Origin: Octopus sinensis
Taxonomy: Eukaryota
Assembly: GCF_006345805.1 (NCBI RefSeq)
Contig: NC_042997.1
Coordinates: forward strand, 202,430,001-202,494,000
Direction: 5' to 3'
Length of the DNA: 64,000 nucleotides
The notes beneath the pieces are model-generated. The model was not told where the DNA came from. It saw nothing but the letters and a program-made list of their open reading frames with translations, and did not search any database. The position numbers were made by a program, and so were the translations under genes. Below, in pieces: positions 29,496 through 41,537 of the stretch. The first letter of the stretch is position 1; each line of letters starts with the position of its first letter.

Positions 29496-29526
<31 letters not shown>

Positions 29527-32500
29527 TCCTGGATATTCTGCTGGGTCAAAGGAAAGAAGGAGGCAAGAAGGTGTCTGTATCTGCTTCTGACTAATTAGGC
29601 ATCTAAAACAGTTAATGAAAGCTTAGTACATGCTACCTTAGCGAAGTTGCAAGTGGCAGCTATGGACAACTTGGTTTTTTTTTTTACTTTGTAGATGCAT
29701 TATTTTTATTGACTTCCAGAAGAAAAAAAAAACAAAATTGGCAACAGCAGGGTTTGAACTCAGAACATAAAGAGCCAGGACAAATACACATACACCAAAA
29801 GCATTTTGTTGGACATTCCAACAATTCTGCCATATTTTCCTTTATCCCATTCTTTAATGGAAACTAATTAACTCTAATGAAAAACACTTCCTTTTTCATT
29901 AATTAATATGGCATTTGTTTCAGGGTGGCAAGCTGGCAGAATCGTTAGCACACTGGGCGAATTACTTAGCAGCATTTCGCCTGCTGTTTCATTCTGAGTT
30001 CAAATTCCACTGAGGTCGACTTTGCCTTTCATTCTTTCGGGGTCGATTAAATAAGTACCAGTTACGCACTGGGGGTCGATGTAATCGACTTAATTCTTTT
30101 GTCTGTCCTTCTTTGCATTAAAGAAATCAATATGACATTTGTTTCTGTTGTTTTTTTTATAATATAACAAAATGTGGGTTTTTTGCAAAAAATTATAATG
30201 GACAGTTTTAACTCGACCCTTTAGCTTTTAAACCACTCATATACCAAGGCCAAATATTCAATGTGTTTTATGTTCAAACTGGCCAGATCCAGCCTCTCAC
30301 ACCTACAAATAAACCATCACATCAAAACCACAAGATGATGCATGATTAATTCAAAACAATAAGCATTATATTTAAAAGAGTAATCTGAATGCTTAAAGGG
30401 TAAAATATAACTATTTAAAACTGTTTTGTATGAAAGAACCAGAAGCAGTCTGGGGTAAGATGGTACCAAAACAGGTTTGCTCTTAATAGGAAAATACTCA
30501 AAGACAGCCAGCTGGCAAAATCATTAACACACTGGGTGAAATGCTTAGCAGCATTTTATTCATCTTTATGTTCTGGGTTCAAATTCTGCCGAGGTCAGCT
30601 TTGTCATTCATCCTTACTGGGTCAATAAAATAAGCACCGGTTGAACACTGGGATCAATGTAATCGACTTACCCCTCCCCCGAAATTGCTGGCCTTGTGCC
30701 AAAATTTGAAACCAATATGAAAATACTCTGGAATCTACAATACATGGTCAGCTACAATTTTAAATGTTCTCTTACAATATTTTTATTTTGCTTTTCTTTT
30801 GAAGCAATATCAATGATTTTAGGAAGCCCTGATTGTACGTTTTATATTTTACAGAATACACAAGGAAACAAAGAATGGTGGCTTCCAGAAGCCTTAGATC
30901 CTGATGAAGGTCAGAATGCTAAGGTGAAATACAGTGTACAGTTTGTACCCAACGAAGATCCAGAGATGACAGCATTGTTTGATGAGGTATTCTCCGTCAG
31001 CAAAGACTTACGCAAACTTATCATCAAAAAACCTTTACCGACAAGCAGTTGGAGACCAGAAAATTTCAGTGTTGCACTTGTAAGTTCTTCTAAACCTAAC
31101 CCAAACCATGTCTACATTTCTTGATTTATTTCAAGGAAAGGCAAGATTCCACTTTCCTAGTTATTTTATTCAAATTAAGAATCTTAAAAGGAAAACTAGC
31201 TCAGGCTAATGTAAGTTCTAAAATATCTTAATGATAGCCTCCACTTCAGTAAAGTATATACAAATCAAAGTCCAAAAATAGCAACTAAATCACTCTTAGA
31301 TCATGCTCCACTGTCTGAAAATAATTTAGTATATACATTGGACTATGTAGTGCTTGACCGTTGTCATCTGCCTGCTGGATTGTGCATGGCCTGAGACTAA
31401 ATAACTGTAGGTACAGGCATGGTTGTGTGGTAAGAAGCTTGCTTCCCAACCACATGGTTCTATGTTCAGTCCCACTGCATGGCACCTTGGAAAAGTGTCT
31501 TTTACTATAGCCCTGAGCTAACCAAAGCCTTCTGACTGGATTTGGTAGACAGAATCTGAAAGAAGCCTGTCATGTGTGTGTATGTGTTTGTCCCCCACCA
31601 TCACTTGACGACCAATGTTGGTTTGTTTACGTCCCCATAACTTGAAAGTTCAGCAAAAAGAACCTGACAGAAGCTTTAATAAAAATAAGTACTATGGAGT
31701 GGTGCAGGTAGTGATTTGGTTGACTAAAAGTTCTTCAAGGTGGGGCCTCAGCATGGCCGCAGTCCAATGACTGAAAAATGTAAAAGAGAGAGAATATCAA
31801 TAGCAGTGGATAATGTTTGCGTATTGTGTCGAAAATAATTCTGAACATTTTTAAAGTAAAATAAAACTGTTTCAAATTAAAATGGTAAGCTGGGGACAGT
31901 TTCTACCTTTCATTACTCGGGGCAGGGCGGGTGGGGAGTGTAATTGACTAACCCCCACCCCTCAAAATTACTGGCCTTGTATCTGAATCAGAAGACATTT
32001 AAAGGCAGTAAGCTTCATTAGCATGGAGGTACATGGCCTAGTGGTTAGAGCAGTGGGATCGCGGGTTTGAATCTTAGACCGGGCGATGTGTGTGTTTGTG
32101 AGCAAAACACCTCTAAGCTCCATGCGGCTCCGACAGGAGGTAATGGTGAACCTCTGCTGAGTTTTTCACCACACCTTTCTCTCACTCTTTCCTCCTGCAT
32201 CTAGCAGCTCACCTGCAATGGACCAGCGTCCTGTCCAGGTGGAGAACCTATATGCCAATGAAACCAGGAAACCGGCCCTTATGAGCCAGACATGACTCAG
32301 GAAGGAACAAACAACAACAAACTTCATTAGCACATCAAACAAAATACTCAGTAGCATTTCTTCTGGCTTCTTTTTATGTTCTGAGTTCAAATCCTGCCAA
32401 GGTCAACATAGCCTTTCATCTTTTTGGGGTCAATAAAAAAAGTATCACTTGAGCACTGGGATCAATGTTATCAACTAACACCCTTAACCTTAAATAGCTG

Positions 32501-34796
32501 ACCGTGGGCCAAAATTTGAAATACTCATTATTGCTACTATTATTATTATTATTATTATTATTGTCTTTGTTCAGCTTTCCTACAGAGCTCGAAATGTTGC
32601 TCCCCTTGAGAAAGCAACAAAACAGTCAGGAAGAGATGAAATTTATATCCGTGTAAAAATGATCTCCAACAATACCAATTTCTACCAACCACACTTCATT
32701 GGTAAGTTTTTCAAACTTGTTATCTTGAGTTCCATTTGATATTGACCAAACTGCTGTCAAAGGAAAGTTTTTTTTCATTCCTAGAAGAAGAGAGCCTGGT
32801 ACAGCCATCTGGTTCGCCAGTCCTAAGTCAAATCGTCCAACCCATGCTAGCATGGAAAATGATGATGATGATGATGACGACGACATAAGGTGGCAAGCTG
32901 ACAAAATGCAGAATCTATCTTTCCAGTTCTGCCCTCAGTTACTCCCACTCCCTCTTCAACAATACGAGTAGCCATGTAGCTACTTTACTACCAGAAATCT
33001 GTTCTCTTCTATCCTTTCTTTCATACTTTATCCCCTCATCTCCTAGAATGGAGCTACCTCCCTCTCTACTGTAACCCAACAATGTTGAAAAGGAGCATAA
33101 TTTTGTGAGTTACATGGTGACTCCACTGGTGCTGGTGCCACAAGGAAAGGTAATTGTAGTTGTGATACCTGTGCTGGCAGCACGTAAAAAGCACCATCCG
33201 AACGTGGCTGATGCCAGCTCCGCCTTGACTGGTTTCTGTGCCGGTGGCACGTAAAAAGCACCAACTGATCATGGCTGCTGCCAGCCTCTCTTGGCACGTA
33301 AAAAGCACCCACTACACTCACAGAGTGGTAGGAGTTAGGAAGGGCATCAGAGCTGTAGAAACACTGCCAGATCAGACTAGAGCCTGGTGCAGCCTCCTGG
33401 CTCCCCAGACCCCGGTCGAACTGTCCAACCCATGCTAGCACAGAAAACAGACATTAAACAATGATGATGAAGGATGTCTACCCATAAAAACCATTCCAAA
33501 GCTGACATTGGGACACAGTGTTGTCATCAGATCCATTAGAGTTTGTTAAACCAGACAAACTCGCACCAGCCTGGAAGAGGGTCAATAAAGGAGGAGGACT
33601 AGGGGTTAAATCACTGGTAATACTCATTGTTCACAAGTCACTTTTGTTTCTGTCGGTTGTGATATAGAACTCAACTTAATGTGTGTTGTGTGTGTATGAG
33701 AGAGAGAAAGAGAGAGTCTAGTTGCCACAGAGTCTAACTATTCTTTATTTTTCCAGGTGTTACTGATCCCTTGATTCTGTCAATATCAGAAAACACTTCA
33801 ATTGGAGCAAACCTGTTCCAGTTTACTGCAATCGATGGTGATAAAGGCTCAAGTGAAAACATTACCTATTCCATGCAAACAAATAGTGCGAAGGTGAGTA
33901 AAGTTTTATGTTTAATCAGCCAGCCCTGGCATTCAATGCAATCTTATTCCATCCTTATTCTAATGGTTTTGGTCAGATCAGTAAAACTATGCACAGGGTT
34001 CTAATGAAATCCTGATGTTTATTTTGATCTAATCTCTATATATATAAACCGCAAAATGTCTGTCTGTGTGTGTATCCTTTATACAAATCCACAATTTTTC
34101 AGTTTCTATGGTCATTCAAAACTGTCCATGGGTGGTCGTGCACATCTTTACATTTCCCAAGTCAGCCCGCAAAGCCATTAAAAAATCAATAGAAGTGACT
34201 TTTTTTGTGAATTTTCTATCCAAAACCCAATCAAAATGCCCGAAACTTGATACGCCAATTGAATACCAGCTAGCTGTATGTGATTGGTCAGAGATTTGGA
34301 CAGTACTCGCGTGTATGTGTGCACGCATACAGCTGTATATGCATGCACTAGCACTATGACCCAGCGTTGCTGGGTCATAGTGCTAGTTAAAAATATAGAC
34401 CTAAAAGTTTAGGCTAAATCCTCTGTCTTGTCATTAATCGAATAAAAATAATGGTAAAGTTTTGTTGTTGACTGTGGAATGAGATTAAGGATTCTTCTGG
34501 GACTAAGTTATAATTTTGTTTCTGTAAATTTATTATATTTCCATGGTTTTTAATGATTAAGTTCATAAAACCATATCTGAACACAGAAATGTGTGTGTGT
34601 GCATGTGTGCAAAGCCATACATGCACACACCTGGACCTCTTCATTCAGCCACTCCAGAAGCTTGAAGAAGTTGAGTTCCATTAGAGGCCTGTGAAGCTTG
34701 AAGTAGAATTGAAACTAAATCAAGCTGTTTTAAATAATACATGTAACTCCTTCTAAATGTACTGAATGGCCTTTTCTTTTATTTGTCCACTCACTC

Positions 34797-34846
<50 letters not shown>

Positions 34847-37800
34847 AGAGTTTACGAAAAAAACAAAAGACGAAGACAGGTGGTGTACAAAACAAACAGA
34901 TGTATTAGTATAATGCTCAGGAATAGAAAAAGTCTTTTACGTTTCGAGCCTACGCTCTTCTACAGAAAGGGACACAGAAAAAACAAGGGGAGAAAAAAAT
35001 ATATATATATATATAGGTGCAGGAGTGGCTGTGTGGTAAGTAGCCTGCTTACCAACCACTCAGTCCCGGGTTCAGTCCCACTGCATGGCACCTTGGTCAA
35101 GTGTCTTCTACTATAGCCTTGGGCCAGCCAAAGCCTTATAAGTGGATTTGGTAGATGGAAACTGAAAGAAGCATAGCTGCTTTCTTCCAAGAAATCTAGT
35201 GCTTTTAGCTTAGTTTTTCCTTGGAGCTGGCCAGATTGGAGCAATCTCAAGTATAATCAGCCGAAATTGCAAAGATAATCTGGTGATTGACTGAGGAAAG
35301 AAAACATCGAATGACCAGTTCTTGTTTTCTTTGTATCGTCTATCTGGATGTTTTGTTGTCCCTTTTTTGTATCACCTAACTGTCCGGATGTTTTGTGTTC
35401 TTGTCCCGTTTTGTATTTTATATATATATGTGTGTGTGTCAGTGATAGTCCATGTCAGTGACACGTAAAAGCACCAACCGATCGTGGCCGTTTGGCAGCC
35501 TGCTCTGGCACCTGTGCCAGTGGCACGTAAAAAGCACCCACTACACTCATGGAGTGGTTGGCATTAGGAAGGACATCCAGCTGTAGAAACATTGCCAGAT
35601 CAGATTAGAGCCTGATGCAGTCTCCATGGCTTACCAGACCCCGGTCGAACCGTCCAACCCATGCTAGCATGGAAAACGGACGTTAAGCGATGATGATGTG
35701 TGTGTGTCTGTTTGCCCCCCACACACACACACACACTGCCTGACAACCGATGCTGGTGCGTTTACATCCCCATAACTTAGCAGTTCAGCAAAAGAGATCA
35801 ACAGAATAAGTACTAGGCTTACAAAAAATAAGTCCTGGAGTCGATTTGCCCAAATAAAGGCGGTACTCCAGCATGGCCACAGTCAAATGACTGAAACAAG
35901 TAAAAGAAAAAAAGAATAAAAGAATACATATATATATATATATATATATAATTGTTTAGGCATAGTGTTACTAGTAATCAGTTGTTAGATCTCAATATAC
36001 TTATGTGTTAGGATAAAACTTTCAGTAAGTACAAAGCATAATATCAACCAGTGAATGAGTAAAGAACAGGAGTTACTTAATCACTTTCATTAGTTGTAAG
36101 AAAAGGCTCCAAGGAAGCTATGTACTGTTGCACAAACACTCAGCTCTGGGTGCAATGTTTCTTAGTGCTGAAACAGCTGTAAGCTAATGAAGGTGATTAT
36201 GTAACTCATGTAACTATAGATGTTTGTCTGTATATATGCAATAATAGTGATGACTTTTGATTTCAGACTAAATGGTTATTTGAACTCAATAAACAAACAG
36301 GATCTCTTCAACTGCAAAATGCAATCCAAGAGAATGATATTGGAAACTACACCCTATGGGTCATTGCCAGCGACAATGATGTTATTCCAAAAACAAAGTC
36401 AGTATGGCGCTTTGATGTTCTGTTTGTCTTTTGTTCATTTCTTCATTTGTCACTGAGACTTTTCTCTAATATCAATGCTTTTTAATTTGTTTTGGTCAAC
36501 AGGTCACTATTTGTATGGATAGAAATTATAGAACTGAGAGAAGTGGCTGTGACATTAGCTCCACCAACACTTGGTAAGTATTTCTTGGAGAGATAATGAT
36601 GTGGTGTTAACTTATATGTATTTTCTTTATAATAATTGTGTGTGTGTGTGTATGTGTGTGTAAGACATTTCAGGTATGGAAGCAAGGTCTAGAATCGAAG
36701 GGCCTTAGAATTAACCTAGCCAAAACCAAAATCTTAGTAAGTAGGAAGGCAGACAAATCACAAATCCCCTCAGGTTGATGGCCCTGCTCGATCTATAGAC
36801 AGGGTGTAGGTAGAAATGACATAAGATGTACCTGATATAATCTATGGTTACATAAGAGGTGCAGCAATACCAGAGAGGGGTTAACAGGGAGACTAGTTTT
36901 TGTATGTGGAAGATGCACAGGTACAATAAACACTAGAAATGTACAGAAAATAGACTCCATCAACTGCCAGTGGAGTAAGCTGTGGGTAGTAGGTAGCTTC
37001 TGTTATCTAGGTGACCAAGTTAATGGATGTGGATGCTATGAGAATAAGATTAGGCTGAGCAAAATTCAGAGAGGTCCTACCTCTGCTGGCAACAAAGGGC
37101 CCTTTCCCTCAGAATGAAAGGCAGATTGTATGATGCCTGTGCACAAACAGCTTTGCTACACAGCAGTGAAAAATTGGGCTGTGACAGCTGAGGACATACA
37201 TAGGCTTGAAAGAAATGAAGCTAGTATGCTTTTCTGGATGTGCATGTTCGACAGAGTGTAAGCATCTTGAGAGAAAAGTTGAGCATAAGAGGCATCAGAT
37301 GTGATGTGCAAGAGAGATGGCTGAGCTGGTATGGTCATGTGATGTGTATGGACAAGGACAACTGTATAAAGCAGTGCTGATCTCTAGCTGTGGAGGGAAC
37401 CTGTGGTAGAGGTAAACCCAGAAAGACATGGGACAAGTTGGTGAAGTATAATCTTCAAACTTTGGGCCTCACAGACACAATGACTTGAGACCGAGACCTT
37501 TGGTGACATGCTGCACTTGAAAAGACCCATCAAGCCAAGTGAAATCACAGTCATGGCTGATACTGGTGGCACATAAAAAGCACTGAGGGTTGGACCTCAC
37601 AGAGGCAAAGTGGCTGATGCCAGTGGCACGTGAAAATCTCCTTTCATGTGTTTGGCCTCATAGAGGCAATGACCAAGATCTTTGGCATTATGCTGTGTTT
37701 GAGAAGAAGACCCATCAAGCCAAGTAAAATTGCAGTCGTGGCAGATACTGGTGTCACACAAATGGCACCTGTGCCAGTGGCATGTAAAAGCACCCATTAC

Positions 37801-40800
37801 ACTCCCGGAGTGGTTGGCATTAGGAAGGGCATTCAGCCACAGAAACCATGCCAAATCAGACTGGAGTCTGGTGCAGCCTTCCAGCTTACCAACCCTGGTC
37901 AAACCGTCCAACCCATGCCAACATGGACAACAGACGTTAAATGATAATGATGATGTTTGTATATGTATTGAAGAATATATATATGTATGCACTTCTGCTG
38001 GGCAACTCCAACTGCCCCAACATCAAATGGCCAGAAGGCAGCAATAATCTTAGGAATATCACAGAGTCTCTACTTGATCTCTCCAAGACGGTGTTCATGG
38101 AGCAAATAATACCATTCCTAACCTTGAGCTGCAACGTCTTCAATATCTACTTCCCTAATAACATGTAACTACCCGCAATGTGGAGGTGTTGCCAATAATT
38201 TTGTCAGGCCATAAATGGTCCAAAACTAATCAGACCTGTATAGCACACAGGAGGCACCAGAGCTCTTTCTAAATTGAACTTTTACAAAGCTATTTAGAAA
38301 TCAGTTCAAAAGGAGATCCTGAAATAAAATCAACCCAAAAGTTTCTCTATGGAAGACAATGATATAAACTCAGAATTTATGTTAATAATTTATGTTAATA
38401 ACTTATGTTAATGATTTATGTTAATAACTTATGTTAATGATTTATGTTAATAATAAGGTGCATGGCTCAGTGGTTAGGGTATCTGGCTCACAAATGTAAG
38501 GTCATGGATTCGATTCCTGGCAGTGTGTTGTGTCCTTAAACAAGACACTTTATTTCACTTTGCTTCTGTTCGCTCAGCTGGCAAAAATGAGTTAGATCTG
38601 TAATTCAATGTCCCTGATGGTTTACCAGTTATTTAACTCCTGCAAAACCACTACTGAAACTCTTCCAGACCTTCTTTACCTGTGACAAACTTACCAAAAA
38701 ACTTAAAAGATGATATATTATTTACATTTGACGGATATTTGTCCTCATCTTGTTTGTTGTTAACACGTTTCAGCTGATATATTCTCCAGCCTTCATCAGG
38801 TGTCTTGGGGAAATTTCGAACAAGGGTTCTCATTCCTGAGGTATTTTTCAATGATGTTGTTGTTGTCGTCGTCGTCGTCACCGCCGCCGTGAATGATAAT
38901 AATTTCCCCAAGACACCTGATGAAGGCTGGAGTGTATATCAGTCAAAACTTTGTGTTAACAATAAATAAGATGAGGACAAATATCCATCAAATGTAAATA
39001 ATGTACATAATTCCTCATCTCTTAAATATAGAACTGTGTTGTGATATAATATACTCTATTCATGAAGAAGAGAATAGATAATATGCTAAAAGTGACATCA
39101 TACAGCATTGCTTCTGTCCAGGAAGGTGCTGTCTCAGCTGCACCATTACAACTGGCTACTAAAACAACTGCTCAATCAGTTTTGGCATGGTTTTTACAGC
39201 TGGATGCCCTTCCAACACCAGTCATTTTACAGGGGTCCTGAGTGCTTTTTGTTTCTTCCTGGTACTAAGAGTGCTGGTGCCATATACAAAGCACTTGTGC
39301 TGGTGCCCCATAAAAAGCACCCTGTATACTCTGTAAAGTGGTTGGTGTTAAGAAGGGCATCCAGCCAAAGAAACCATGCCGAAACAGACGACTGGGGCCT
39401 TGTGCAGCTCTCGGCTTACCAGCTCCTGTCAATCTGTCCAACCCATGCCAGCATGGGAAATGGACAATAAACGACTGTGATAACGAACCATGTTGACCTG
39501 GAGCCAAACAAGAATAACAATGATAAATCATCCTAAAATGTTTGACCCGAGTAAAGATAAATATTGACTTCATTGTGCCGTCTTATTTTATCTGTTGCAG
39601 ATAGTTATGGATGGTCAACCATTACCATACCATTTCCCATTCTTACTGGTGCTGCTGCTGGAGTTCTGCTCGTTGTCTTTTCATTGCTGGGACTTCTTAT
39701 ATGTCAATGTAAAAGGTAATCAACAAATTCTTCCCTGTCTTTGATACGTCTATTGGCTACTGGAGATAACCAACCTATTATCTCCACTTTCATCTACAGA
39801 ATATTCTTCTTACCATTCCCTCATGACATCCCATCTGCTTTTTACATGCTTTTTTTTTTTTTTTTGCTATATTGATGCTGTTGTGGCTTTCAGAGCTTCC
39901 TTTCTTGAATTGTCAGAATGTAACTATCATCTCTTTTCCTGCTGAGCTTGCTTTCATAGTTGATGCTCTCTCAAACTTGCTTTCATCACTTTCTGCCATC
40001 AATTTCTGCATCATTGTTCTTCCATAGTTCCACAGCCCAGCTGACCTTCATCTGCTTCATTTTTAAATACCTCCGATCTGTTTCTTCCAGATTATTTAGA
40101 AGATGCATTTACATATCAACTGTGTATGTGTGAAGCACATCACACACACACACACACACCTCCATTTTAATTCTAATAAACCCATCTCTGATTTCCTAAT
40201 AAAGTTTTTACATATCCGTATTAAAATGTATAAAATTCATCCAAAATATATATTTTTAAAAAAATACATCAATACTTTATTTGAAGAGTTGGTGTGATTA
40301 TTAAAAGATAGATATAGCATTGGCCGATAACAAAATTTTAGATTCAGCCTTAGATGATAAGTAAATTTTATTTACCTGCAATATCATTAAGCTAGAACTG
40401 ATCTCAAAAATATTCTGTTGAGTCAGTAAGATTAGGATCATAACCCAATTTTAGCTTCTTCCAATGTTATTATGGAATCATAATAACATTGCTGAGACAT
40501 CAAAAGGGTTGTTAAGTAAATTCTTGATTTGTTTATTTATGGATTCTAGTTTAAAACTTCTATTTGTGATGTTTTTGCTCCTTTTCTTTTTTTACCTTAA
40601 ATATATTGTTATATTATAATGGTTTCAAATTTTGACACAAGGCCAGCAATTTCGATAAAGGAAGCAAGTCGATTACATTGACTCCAGCACTCAACTTGTA
40701 ATTATTTTATCAAACCCGAAAGGACGAAAGGCAAACCCAACCTTGGCAGAATTTGAACTCAGAACGTAATGACAGGTAAAATGTCACTAAGCATTTTGGC

Positions 40801-41459
40801 TGATGCAGTAACGATTCTGCTAGCTCGCCAGCTTATATTGTCATATTATAATGATTGCATTAATTACTATTTATCTATTAACTATTTAAAAACATCTTGT
40901 TACACAGGTGTTTTACACTAATGCATTACACACACACACACAATCATATATGCACATGAATACACAAATCTATTCAGCATGTATATTATTGTTGCTGTTA
41001 TTATTATTAAGGTGGCTAGCTGGCAAAATTGTCAGCACGCTGGACGAAATGCTTAGTGGTATTTCACCTGACTTAAGGCAGCGAGCTGGCAGAAATGTTA
41101 GCATGCCGGGCGAAATGCATAGCTGTATTTCGTCTGCAGCTACGTTCTGAGTCCAAATTCCGCCAAGGTCGACTTTGTCTTTCATCCTTTCGGGGCCGAT
41201 AAATTAAGTACCAGTTATGCACTGGGGTCGATGTAATCGACTTAATCTGTTTGTCTGTCCTTGTTTGTCCCCTCTGTGTTTAGCCCCTTGTGGGTAGTAA
41301 AGAAATAAGTATTTCACCTGACTGAGTTCAAATCCTGCCAGGGTCAACTTTGTCTTTCTTCCTTTCAAGGTTGATAACTTAAGTACTAGTGAAACACTGG
41401 GATCAATGTAAATGATTGGTCCCCTACTCCCAAATTTCAGGCTTTGTACTTATAGTAGG

Positions 41460-41537
<78 letters not shown>

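Noticed and set aside
30901-30907. CTGATGA hammerhead core inside exon I
   Set aside because: It encodes P-D-E of the cadherin DPDEG motif; there is no stem II or GAAA downstream.
30987-31079. In-phase internal donor GAG|GTATTC in exon I
   Set aside because: Weak consensus compared with the real GTAAGT donor; expected by chance in an exon of this length.
33170-33310. Clustered TACGTG hypoxia-response-like motifs on the minus strand
   Set aside because: They are part of the RTE 3' UTR subrepeat present in many copies, with no locus-specific evidence.
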